Assembly: GCA_964568985.1 (NCBI GenBank) | Contig: CAZMSP010000001.1 | Span: 11,179-75,178 of the forward strand | DNA: 64,000 nt | Direction: 5' to 3' | From: an uncultured Pirellulales bacterium | GTDB taxonomy: Bacteria > Planctomycetota > Phycisphaerae > Sedimentisphaerales > Anaerobacaceae | In this document: positions 55,006-63,968 of the stretch, in pieces | How the letters are laid out: every line of letters begins with the position of its first letter | How positions within the stretch are numbered: the first letter of the stretch is position 1 | Program-made: the position numbers and the translations under genes | Notes under the pieces: generated by a model | What the model was told of the DNA's origin: nothing | Databases searched by the model: none | Seen by the model: only the letters and a program-made list of their open reading frames with translations

Positions 55006-55539
55006 ATGAAAATAACAGATATTGACAAATGTCGAATTACGCATTATCCGGCTGAGGTTTTGGTTGGGCACGCCCAGCCGGTCGAAAAAATCGATGATAA
55101 TATACGCCGGCTTGTCGAGAAGATGACCGACATTATGCTGAAAAACAAAGGCATCGGCCTGGCTGCTCCGCAGGCGGGCGTGTCGTTGCGACTGTTTATT
55201 ATATCGCTCAATGCAACAAGAGAGGCCGTCAAAGTATATATCAATCCCATCGTTACTCCGGACGGACAGCTTACGGAATTTGACGAAGGTTGCCTGTCTG
55301 TTCCGGGTATTTACACAAAAATTCGTAGATACAAAAAGTGCAAAGTTACCGCTACCGACCTTGATGGCAACGAGTTTACAGAAGAGGCCGAAGGACTGTA
55401 CGCCAGGGCACTTCAGCACGAATACGACCACATCGAGGGAATGACCATCGTCAATCGAATGGGTCAGGTAGCCAAAATCGCACACCGAAAACAGCTTAAA
55501 AAACTTACAGAAGAGCACGAGCAATCGCGTGAGTCCTGA
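55006..55539 (+). CDS. def: peptide deformylase
   Basis: GIGLAAPQ, EGCLSVPG and HEYDHIEG motifs. Confidence 0.95.
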   Translation: MKITDIDKCRITHYPAEVLVGHAQPVEKIDDNIRRLVEKMTDIMLKNKGIGLAAPQAGVSLRLFIISLNATREAVKVYINPIVTPDGQLTEFDEGCLSVPGIYTKIRRYKKCKVTATDLDGNEFTEEAEGLYARALQHEYDHIEGMTIVNRMGQVAKIAHRKQLKKLTEEHEQSRES

Positions 55540-55579
55540 TACTTGATTCTCGACGAGCATCCGGCAGCGAGAAACGAAT
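55537..55579. repeat. def-fmt intercistronic repeat cassette
   Basis: TGATACTTGATTCTC (stop codon included) + GACGAGCATCCGGC + AGCGAGAAACGAAT, followed directly by ATG. It shares 15-mers with 45385-45399 and 59717-59731. Confidence 0.8.
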
Positions 55580-56545
55580 ATGAATATAGCTTACCTCGGC
55601 AGTGGTCAATTTGGTATTGAGTTTCTAAATGCTTTAGCTGACTCAAATCATGTTCTTCCGTTTATCGTCACTCAGCCTCCACGGCAAGCCGGCAGAGGCA
55701 GAAAATCAAAACCGACACCAGTGTCTCTCTGGGCAAAGAGCCATTCGATACCTTTTATAGAGACAGATAATGTAAATAAACCTGAGGAAATTGAAAAAAT
55801 CGAATCATATAAGCCGGATTTGATTGTGGTCGTTGCGTTCGGCCAGAAAATCGGCAACGAGCTGATAAACCTGCCGCCCAGGGGCTCTATCAACGTCCAC
55901 GCCTCTCTGCTCCCAAAGTATCGCGGAGCGGCGCCTATAAACTGGGCGATAATAAACGGCGAAAGCCGGACCGGCGTCAGCATAATCGCATTGGCTGAGA
56001 AAATGGACGCCGGTGACATTCTGGCCCGGGCCGAAACAGATATAAAACCTGACGAAACGGCTGGCGAGCTTCACGACCGGCTCGCAAAATTAGCAGCTCC
56101 ATTATTGTTGGAAACTCTCGATAAAATTGCAGATGGTACTGTAACGTACACAAAGCAGGACCACTCAAAAGCGACTCTTGCTCCAAAATTAAAAAAATCA
56201 GATGGTATTTTAGACCTTAGTGAATCAGCAGAGCAGATTCAAAGAAAGATACGTGGTCTTTACCCCTGGCCGGGTGCTTCAGTGACGTACCTGTCTAAAA
56301 AAACCGGCAAATCAACGTGCGTTACCATAGCTATGGCAGAAGTAGTCGTTATCTCAAATCCCACTGGTTTATCAGCAGGAACACTCGATGGAAACCTTAA
56401 CGTGATTTGCGGCCAGGATTCCCTCAAGATTACAAAAATCAAGCCTGCCGGCTCCGCCATTATGGACTTCAAGGCTTTCGTCAACGGCCAGCATACTCAG
56501 CCCGGTGATATGTTTGTCAAAATAGAAAACGAAAATGCCCAGTGA
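55580..56545 (+). CDS. fmt: methionyl-tRNA formyltransferase
   Basis: HASLLPKYRGAAPINWAI motif. 321 aa. Follows def. Confidence 0.95.
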   Translation: MNIAYLGSGQFGIEFLNALADSNHVLPFIVTQPPRQAGRGRKSKPTPVSLWAKSHSIPFIETDNVNKPEEIEKIESYKPDLIVVVAFGQKIGNELINLPPRGSINVHASLLPKYRGAAPINWAIINGESRTGVSIIALAEKMDAGDILARAETDIKPDETAGELHDRLAKLAAPLLLETLDKIADGTVTYTKQDHSKATLAPKLKKSDGILDLSESAEQIQRKIRGLYPWPGASVTYLSKKTGKSTCVTIAMAEVVVISNPTGLSAGTLDGNLNVICGQDSLKITKIKPAGSAIMDFKAFVNGQHTQPGDMFVKIENENAQ

Positions 56546-57905
56546 AAAACCAACATCCGCACGTGCAGTTGCGGCTGAGGTGTTAAATCAGTTCGACCCA
56601 AAGTTTGATTATGCCTCTGAACTTTTAAATAAGCTTCTACACAAAACCAGCGAGAGACAGCGGGCCACCGACCTTATCTTTGGAATTATAAGAAATCAGA
56701 CCGCAATAGATATGGTGATGGCCAGATTCACCGATTGTCCCATCGAGAGGATACAAGCTAAAGTTCTCAATATCATTCGCGTCGGAATGTTCGAGCTTAT
56801 CTACTCACCTGCAACGCCGGATTATTCAATCGTCAACGAAGCAGTTGAAAATGCCAAAGCCGTAGTTGGCAAAAAGCAGACTGGCTTTATAAATGCAGCC
56901 CTGCGGCAAATCACAAGGCATATAACCAGTCGCCAAATCCACCTTTCAAAAGCCAATTCACTAAGAACACTTCCGCAAACACCCACAACCGGCTGTGAAT
57001 TTGATACAGACATCCTGCCGGACCAAAAAACTTCACTGGCTGATTATCTAAGTGCTGCTTTTTCACTTCCAAAATGGCTTATCAAAGACTGGCTCGATGA
57101 ATATGGTGTAGAAATTACCCGGCAAGTCTGCTTTGCATCCAACCGCAGGCCGAGCATCTACATCAGGCCAAACACACTAAAAATAACGGCTCAAAAATTA
57201 GCCGAAAATCTTCACACAGCAAATATCGACGTCGAAGTAGTCCCCGATTCGGAAATGATAAAAATCAAAAGTCCAAAAGACATAACTCAGCTTCCTGGCT
57301 TTGAGCAAGGCCAATTTACTGTTCAGGATATATCAGCTTATCTGCCAGTACATATCTTAAAACCGAAACCGGACTGGAAAATCCTTGACCTCTGCGCTGC
57401 TCCGGGCACAAAAACCACGCAGTTAGCCCAAGCAACCGGCGACAAGGCCGAGATTGTAGCAACCGACATCAATACCGAGCGGCTAAAAAAGGTCGAAGAA
57501 AATACTACCCGCCTCAGCATAAAAAATATTAAAGTCATAGAATACAAACAGCTCTTTAATGATTCTCAATTCGACGCAGTATTATTGGACGTGCCGTGCT
57601 CGAATACCGGCGTGCTTGCAAAACGCATCGAGGCCCGCTACAGAATAACACCAAAGGCAATACAGGCCCTCTCCGAAATACAAGCCGACCTTTTGAAAAC
57701 CGCGGCATCAATAATAAAACCCAGCGGGAAAATCTGCTACAGCACCTGCAGCATTCAAAAACAGGAAAATAGCCGGCTTATCAAAGATTTTTTGCAGACA
57801 AACACCGGTTTTGAACTCGAATCCGAACAGCTCATCCTGCCGGCCGCTGACGATACGGCAGACCACGACGGCGGTTACACAGCAATAATTCTGAGAAAGC
57901 CCTGA
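56535..57905 (+). CDS. rsmB: 16S rRNA m5C methyltransferase RsmB/Sun
   Basis: NusB-like N-terminal domain. DLCAAPGTKT SAM motif. Catalytic PCSNTGV and YSTCS. Confidence 0.85.
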   Translation: MPSEKPTSARAVAAEVLNQFDPKFDYASELLNKLLHKTSERQRATDLIFGIIRNQTAIDMVMARFTDCPIERIQAKVLNIIRVGMFELIYSPATPDYSIVNEAVENAKAVVGKKQTGFINAALRQITRHITSRQIHLSKANSLRTLPQTPTTGCEFDTDILPDQKTSLADYLSAAFSLPKWLIKDWLDEYGVEITRQVCFASNRRPSIYIRPNTLKITAQKLAENLHTANIDVEVVPDSEMIKIKSPKDITQLPGFEQGQFTVQDISAYLPVHILKPKPDWKILDLCAAPGTKTTQLAQATGDKAEIVATDINTERLKKVEENTTRLSIKNIKVIEYKQLFNDSQFDAVLLDVPCSNTGVLAKRIEARYRITPKAIQALSEIQADLLKTAASIIKPSGKICYSTCSIQKQENSRLIKDFLQTNTGFELESEQLILPAADDTADHDGGYTAIILRKP

Positions 57906-58021
57906 TTTTTTCTCGCCTTAATAACTGAAAACGTTCTGTTGAAACGTCGTGAACGCTGGCGTTACCTTGCAGCAAAATAAAATTTACGGAAAAAAGGGGG
58001 CGTGAGCAAAATTAAGGTATA

Positions 58022-59089
58022 ATGAAAATACATTGCTATAGGGGTAATTTTATGGATTTCCCGGAATTTATTTCTTTTACCATTACAAACACCTGCAATC
58101 TTCGATGTAAGATGTGCGGTCAGTGGAGTGACGAAGGCTACATGCTCAATAAAAGTGCAGCTCTGAAACAAAAAATGGCATTATCAGACTGGAAAAGGCT
58201 AGTGGACGAAATTGCATGCCACAATATCCAGTCTCTTCTTCTGAGGGGTGGAGAGCCTTTTCTTTTCCCTGGAATTATTACTCTTTTAGAATACATTCAC
58301 AACAAAGGCATATTTATCTCCATAGATTCCAATGGTACAATGCTTTCAAAATTTGCTGCAGATGTTTTACGCATCGGAAACATTCATATCACTATTTCAA
58401 TCGACGGTCCGGAAGAAATTCATGACACAGTGCGAAGCGTTAAGGGTTGTTTTAAGAAAATAAAAGAGGGGGTAGAGCTTCTGAATGAACTTGAAAAAAA
58501 CAGTACTAATAAAATCAGCCGGTCTATCACTTTTACTATAAGTCCTTACTCTTACAGGGGACTTGGAGCTATGCCGAATGTGGCCCGCAGTCTCGGTATC
58601 CAGACAATCTGCATAGTACCCTATTACTATGTCCCCGAAGAAAACGGAAAGGCATATGAAAAAGAACTTAAAGAAAATCTCGATTGTCATGCCTTTTCTT
58701 GGTTTGGTTTCCACCGGGAAACTTCCGGTATTGATCTTAATATATTCAAAGATCAGTTAAATAAATACTTGCAGAACCTTAATGAAATCCAGAATTATCC
58801 TTATATGAAACTTACAGAAGACCAATACCGCACCTGGTTCAGCGATACCTTGACGCCTGTCGGGCCGGTAGCCTGTTCAAACGTAGAAGGGCTAATTGAC
58901 ATCCAGCCGAATGGAAATGCAAATTTCTGTGTTGATTTTGCAGATTATATAATCGGCAATGTGGAGAATTCAACCATTGAAGAGTTATGGAATAGCGAAA
59001 GGGCCTCCCGCTTCCGAAATTATCGGCGGAAAAAACCGCTTACTGTATGCTACCGATGTGGAGCCAAATATATGTCGGAAATCCATTGA
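58022..59089 (+). CDS. radical SAM protein with SPASM-like C-terminal Cys cluster
   Basis: CNLRCKMC (CX3CX2C). C-terminal C...C..C...CYRC. The start may be ATG 58052. Confidence 0.7.
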   Translation: MKIHCYRGNFMDFPEFISFTITNTCNLRCKMCGQWSDEGYMLNKSAALKQKMALSDWKRLVDEIACHNIQSLLLRGGEPFLFPGIITLLEYIHNKGIFISIDSNGTMLSKFAADVLRIGNIHITISIDGPEEIHDTVRSVKGCFKKIKEGVELLNELEKNSTNKISRSITFTISPYSYRGLGAMPNVARSLGIQTICIVPYYYVPEENGKAYEKELKENLDCHAFSWFGFHRETSGIDLNIFKDQLNKYLQNLNEIQNYPYMKLTEDQYRTWFSDTLTPVGPVACSNVEGLIDIQPNGNANFCVDFADYIIGNVENSTIEELWNSERASRFRNYRRKKPLTVCYRCGAKYMSEIH

Positions 59090-59145
59090 TAATACAGCAC
59101 AAATCAAAATAGGTTTTTCTAAAAATGTACATTGATTGATGAAAC

Positions 59146-59255
59146 CAATCCACAACTTTTCCACAAAACCGATTTGCGATGTGCAAAACCTGTTAACAAC
59201 AAAATTTTTTTGTGCGTAAAATCAATACTGTTAACATCCTCGATTATGTGGAAAA
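59146..59255. promoter_or_regulatory. cluster of DnaA-box-like 9-mers upstream of dnaA (oriC or dnaA autoregulatory region candidate)
   Basis: caatccaca at 59146-59154 (7/9 to TTATCCACA). ttttccaca at 59157-59165 (8/9). tgtggaaaa at 59247-59255 (8/9, inverted). Two weaker 7/9 sites lie between them. CTGTTAACA occurs twice. Confidence 0.5.
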
Positions 59256-59369
59256 GAAACCCGCCAAATTTGTCTTGATAGGACACGGTTAATGTTTGAT
59301 ACTTAACACTTAACGTGTTATCATAAGAGCATAATCAACCTTAGATTTAGGTAAACAGGAGTTGTACCA

Positions 59370-60836
59370 ATGCAGGGTACATTCACGGATGATAAGCTCC
59401 GCTCTGCCGAAAACCAGATAAGCGCTATTAACGAAGCTCTCGCCAGGAATATAGGCCCACAAAAGTTTCGTATCTGGTTTAATAACTCAACCAGGCTTGC
59501 CCTTACCGGCAGCTATCTAAAGGTTGGTGTGCCAAACCTTTTCATTGCAAGCTGGATTGAAAATCACTTTGCAAACGAAATCAGTAAGGCGGTCAAAGAA
59601 GTTACCGGAGCCCATCGAAAGATTACATTCGCTATCGACCCCGAGCTTTCAGGCAGCCAGAGACGGACGCAGCTGGACTCACAGGCACGACGCGCAGCTC
59701 GTTCATCTATCCCCGGTTCTCGACGAGCATCGAGCATCCAGCATAGAGCATCCGGAAAGCTGAAATATAATCTGGATACATTTGTTGTCGGCCGCTCAAA
59801 TGAGCTTGCTTACAATGCTGCAAAAGCAGTTGTAAATGAGCAAAGAAGCCCTTTCAATCCTCTCTTTATTCACGGAGGATATGGCGTCGGCAAAACACAC
59901 CTGCTGCAGGGAATTTGCAAGGCAGTTTCCAAAAAGCGACCTCAGGCCAATTGGCTTTATCTGTCAGCCGAGGATTTCGTTAACCAGTTTGTATTGGCCT
60001 TGAAAATAAAAAAGCTCGAGCACTTTCGACAAAAAATGAGACAAACAGACTTGTTAGCTATCGACGATATCCACTTTTTGGCAAGCAAGCCATCAACGCA
60101 GGAAGAATTTCTGCATACCTTCAACACCATCAATCTTGCAGGCAAACAGGTCGTGCTGGCCTCCGACGCACATCCAAAGATGATAGGGCAACTGTCCGAA
60201 AAGCTAATTAACCGCTTCATCTCTGGCATGGTCGTCAAAATCAATAGCCCTGATTTCCAGACCCGCTGTGAAATCTGCCAGCAATACGCTGCTGCTATGA
60301 TGGGAGCAAACTTTGGCGCAGCCCATAAGAGGCTGGCCCAAAAGCAAATCCCCGAAAATGTAATAAGATATGTTGCCGAAAATCTGCGCTCCAACGTACG
60401 GGAGCTGGAAGGGGCAATGATGAAATTAGTTGCTTATTCGGCTCTGCAAAATGAGAAGGTTAATCTGTCTATGGCCCAGGAGGTTCTGGCTGAACACCTT
60501 GCCAGGACTGACCCCATTGTGCACATATCGGATATCGAATCAGCCGTCGCTACATATTTCGGCTTAACACCGGCCAATATACATTCATCCAAGAAGGATA
60601 GAACCATAGCCCTCGCCCGGCATTTTAGTATGTATCTGACGAGAAAACACACAAAGATGTCGTTCTCTGAGATTGGCAGATTTATGGGCAATAAAAATCA
60701 CGCCACCGTACTTCTGGCCTGCAGAAAGGTTGAAGACTTTATCAACAGAAATGTGGAGCTTCACTGGCTTTCGCCTGTCGGCAATAAAATCGCAAAGGCA
60801 AAAACCATTCTCGCCGAGCTTGAAGCAAGCATATAA
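59370..60836 (+). CDS. dnaA: chromosomal replication initiator DnaA
   Basis: Walker A GGYGVGKTHLL, Walker B DDIHFL and a C-terminal DNA-binding HTH (ALARHFSMYLTRKHT..FSEIGRFMGNKNHATV). The domain II linker carries a heptamer array. Confidence 0.95.
   Translation: MQGTFTDDKLRSAENQISAINEALARNIGPQKFRIWFNNSTRLALTGSYLKVGVPNLFIASWIENHFANEISKAVKEVTGAHRKITFAIDPELSGSQRRTQLDSQARRAARSSIPGSRRASSIQHRASGKLKYNLDTFVVGRSNELAYNAAKAVVNEQRSPFNPLFIHGGYGVGKTHLLQGICKAVSKKRPQANWLYLSAEDFVNQFVLALKIKKLEHFRQKMRQTDLLAIDDIHFLASKPSTQEEFLHTFNTINLAGKQVVLASDAHPKMIGQLSEKLINRFISGMVVKINSPDFQTRCEICQQYAAAMMGANFGAAHKRLAQKQIPENVIRYVAENLRSNVRELEGAMMKLVAYSALQNEKVNLSMAQEVLAEHLARTDPIVHISDIESAVATYFGLTPANIHSSKKDRTIALARHFSMYLTRKHTKMSFSEIGRFMGNKNHATVLLACRKVEDFINRNVELHWLSPVGNKIAKAKTILAELEASI
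59715..59756. repeat. heptamer array (ATNNAGC words) in frame within the dnaA linker
   Basis: ggttctc gacgagc atcgagc atccagc atagagc atccgga. The 15-mer TTCTCGACGAGCATC (59717-59731) is identical to 55547-55561. Confidence 0.8.
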
Positions 60837-60957
60837 ACTTGACGCTCGATGCCGGATGCTCGATACCCTGATGTCCTGCTACCTGATTACCTGATACTCC
60901 AGTCCTCATATATTCCATCGTCCTTCGTCTCTCCTCCATCGTCCCGCCGTCCCCATG
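60837..60957. repeat. concatenated word arrays (GCTCGAT, CCTGATN, CCATCGT/CCTTCGT) filling the dnaA / dinG-like convergent spacer
   Basis: The whole 121-nt spacer is made of three successive 7-nt word families. Confidence 0.75.
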
Positions 60958-62973
60958 TCACGAGCCACAGGCGACGATTTTTGTTTTACATTTCGGTATC
61001 GCATCCAGGAATCTCTGACCGTATGGCTTATTGACGATTCGGCTGTCCAGAATAACCACGATGCCGGTATCGCTCTTGGCGCGAATCAGCCGGCCGAAGC
61101 CCTGCTTGAATTTTAGTATCGCCGACGGCAATTGATAATCATAAAAGGGATTTCCACCCTGTTGCCTTATCTGCTCGATTCTACCTGCAATCAATGGCTT
61201 GTCAGGCACCGCAAATGGCAGCCGAACAATAATAACATTACTCAACGCTTCGCCCGGCACATCTACTCCCTGCCAGAAACTATCCGTCCCGAATAAAACT
61301 GATGCGTCCTCTTCTTTGAAACGTCCCAAAAGCACAGTCCTGTCAAGTCCCGCCCCTTGCTGCAAAAGCTCAATTTTATTTTCAGTCAGCCAATCAGACA
61401 TCTTCTCAGCCATTTCATCAAGCATCTCGTAGCTGGTAAAAAGAACAAACGCTTTGCCTTTGGTTTGAAGGATATATTTTTTCAAGGCATCTATTGCCTT
61501 TTCGATAAATTCCGGCTCATTCGGGTCAGGCAGGTTCTTTTCGATATAGATAGTAACCTGCCTCTCATAATCGAAAGGCGAACCCAGCTTAAAGGCATCA
61601 AAATCCTCCTCGTCGGGGCGAAGCCCGCCGTAGCCCGACAGCCCAATCCTGCTGGCAAAGAACTCGAATCCGCCCTTTTCGGATATCGCTTCGCTGCTCA
61701 GCGTTGCGCTGGTCATAATCACAGATTCATATTTATCCAACAGACAGCGTTTCACATCCTGTCCGACATTTATGGCCGCACTTTTTAAGCGAATAGTCGT
61801 TTTTCTTTCCGTATCAACCTCCACCCAATAGACGTAATTTTTTGCTTTCTGCAGCAAAAAACCGTCAATATCCTCAGCTAAAACTGCGCACCTGTCTACA
61901 AAACGCAGAATCTCAAATTTCTCATCTACATCTTCGGTATTCTTCGCAAGTTTACTCAGTTCCGACCGCAGATTGTTAAGATGTCCCGACAGATTGTTAT
62001 CGATAAAAGTTGCATAACATCTGCCGTTGGTTTCGTTTTTATTGCTTTCATACCAGTTCCTTACCTTCTTAAAGAAGCTGCTTGCCTCTTTAGTTATTCT
62101 GCCGAGGATATCAATCACCTTATCTACCTTGGTGAAAGCCAAAAGTCCTTTATGAGTTCTCGGATTGTAAAGGCCGTTAAGCAGAAATTGAACTCTGTGA
62201 TTGCTGATATCGATTCCGAAATGCTCTTCCGCTACATGCTCGATATTCTGCGCCTCATCGATGATGATGTATCTGTAATCCGGCAGCACCGATGCACCCT
62301 GTTCTTTGAGCACAAGGTCGCTAAATAATAGTGCATGGTTGGTCACAATTATATCAGCGCTGTCCAGTTGCCGTCGTGCCCGCCAGTAGAAGCAGTCGCG
62401 AAAGTATTTGCACTTTCTGCTGCGACAATTGCCGTGTTCGCTGCTGACCGCATCCCACACCGTCGGACGCGGAACAAAACCGAGGTCGCTCAGCGAGCCG
62501 TCTTCTGTATGCTTAACCCAGTCGTTTATCACCGCAAGCTGCGAAGCTGCTCTGTCAAATAATAAGCTCTGCCTTTGCAGGGCAAACTCCAGCCGGCGTT
62601 TGCATATATAATTACCTCTTCCCTTTGCCAATGCCGCCGTGAAATTATACGGCAGACAATCAGCCAGAAATGGAATGTCTTTATTGGTTAGCTGCTCCTG
62701 CAGCGTAATGGTAAAGGTGCTGATTAAAACTTTTGTTTTTGCTCTGTTGACCAGTCCGCCGTACGTCTGGCGGGCAAGCTCAATAGCAGGGACAAGATAT
62801 GCGAAGCTTTTGCCGACGCCAGTGCCTGCCTCGACGACCAAATGACGGCCCTGCGAAAGCCCTTGTTGTACCGCACAGGCCATCTGCAATTGCTGGGGCC
62901 TGTCCTCAAAACTCACTAAGGATTGCGATAAAAGACCTCCCGCCGCAAATACCTCTTGTAGAGCTGCCTCCAT
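60958..62973 (-). CDS. dinG: DinG/XPD-family Fe-S ATP-dependent helicase
   Basis: Walker A AGTGVGKSFAYL. DEAQ box (IIIDEAQNIE). Cys cluster (C..C, CRSRKCKYFRDC). 671 aa. Confidence 0.85.
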   Translation of the reverse strand: MEAALQEVFAAGGLLSQSLVSFEDRPQQLQMACAVQQGLSQGRHLVVEAGTGVGKSFAYLVPAIELARQTYGGLVNRAKTKVLISTFTITLQEQLTNKDIPFLADCLPYNFTAALAKGRGNYICKRRLEFALQRQSLLFDRAASQLAVINDWVKHTEDGSLSDLGFVPRPTVWDAVSSEHGNCRSRKCKYFRDCFYWRARRQLDSADIIVTNHALLFSDLVLKEQGASVLPDYRYIIIDEAQNIEHVAEEHFGIDISNHRVQFLLNGLYNPRTHKGLLAFTKVDKVIDILGRITKEASSFFKKVRNWYESNKNETNGRCYATFIDNNLSGHLNNLRSELSKLAKNTEDVDEKFEILRFVDRCAVLAEDIDGFLLQKAKNYVYWVEVDTERKTTIRLKSAAINVGQDVKRCLLDKYESVIMTSATLSSEAISEKGGFEFFASRIGLSGYGGLRPDEEDFDAFKLGSPFDYERQVTIYIEKNLPDPNEPEFIEKAIDALKKYILQTKGKAFVLFTSYEMLDEMAEKMSDWLTENKIELLQQGAGLDRTVLLGRFKEEDASVLFGTDSFWQGVDVPGEALSNVIIVRLPFAVPDKPLIAGRIEQIRQQGGNPFYDYQLPSAILKFKQGFGRLIRAKSDTGIVVILDSRIVNKPYGQRFLDAIPKCKTKIVACGS

Positions 62974-63086
62974 GCAGGGTCCTTCTAAATTACCTTTATC
63001 CTGTTTTTTTCAAAACTAGGAACGCCGGATAACAAATTTCAATTATGCATCCAGGGCACTGCGGGATTTATCCGCCTACGGTGGAT

Positions 63087-63968
63087 TTATTTTTTCCCGA
63101 TTACCTCTCTCAGTGTATCAACAGCCGGCGAATCTGGCATTCTACTGTGAGCTGTATCGATCGCTTCTTTGGCCTTGTCGAGTTCACCCGCCTGGTAATA
63201 AATATAGCCAAGTAAAAATTGTAAATTAGCTTCGTCGCTCCTTTTATACCACTGCTCAATCTCAGCTATTCGGCTGTCAAGCTTTTCCTTGTCATCGGTT
63301 CCCAATATAGCCAAAAGGTCGACCTTAACTTTTGCATACTCGGGAGAAATCTCAAGCGCTCTGGAGAGATACAGGGCGCTACTCATATATTCACCAGCGG
63401 CAAATAACGCATGGCTCCTGCCGGCGTGTGCAAGCGCTTCGCCCGGCTTGTAAATTGATGCCAGAGTATAAGCGCTTATAGCTCTATAGTGCCTGCCCTG
63501 TTTTTGATATATCTCAGCAGCCTTCATATACTCGTTGAACTTATCTTCCGAAAAAGCGGGAAGACTCTTACCGCCCAAAATGCGTTTAGCTTGTGCGGAT
63601 ACATCAGCGGCGGTAAATTCATCCTTTCGTTCAGGGCGAAGCTGAAGGGCCGTGCGGTCGAGCGGTCGAAGGGCTTGTCTTTTATCTGATGACAAACGCT
63701 CGATATTTTTTCTAAAAGACTCCAGTTGTGTCTTAATATCAGGATATCGAAGATCAAACTGGCCTGATTCCTCTTCAGCACCAGCGGTTTTCCTGAGTTC
63801 TGAAACGCTTTTTGTAGCTGAGGCCGCTTCAGCATCTTTGCCAGCCCTTAATTGCTTAAGAGCTTCCTGCAAATTATCTATTTGCTGCTTTACCTGTTTA
63901 TAAGTTTCAAACAAATCTTGTTGTTCGCCATCTATGCCAGTCGACACTTGCCTGCCTCTAACAGGCAC
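63087..63968 (-). CDS. TPR-repeat protein (start uncertain, may lie at or beyond the window edge)
   Basis: C-terminal half has TPR-like repeats (AISAYTLASIYKPGEALAHAGRSHALFAAGEYMSSALYLSRALEISP...). The N-terminal half is coiled-coil-like. Confidence 0.6.
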   Translation of the reverse strand: MPVRGRQVSTGIDGEQQDLFETYKQVKQQIDNLQEALKQLRAGKDAEAASATKSVSELRKTAGAEEESGQFDLRYPDIKTQLESFRKNIERLSSDKRQALRPLDRTALQLRPERKDEFTAADVSAQAKRILGGKSLPAFSEDKFNEYMKAAEIYQKQGRHYRAISAYTLASIYKPGEALAHAGRSHALFAAGEYMSSALYLSRALEISPEYAKVKVDLLAILGTDDKEKLDSRIAEIEQWYKRSDEANLQFLLGYIYYQAGELDKAKEAIDTAHSRMPDSPAVDTLREVIGKK

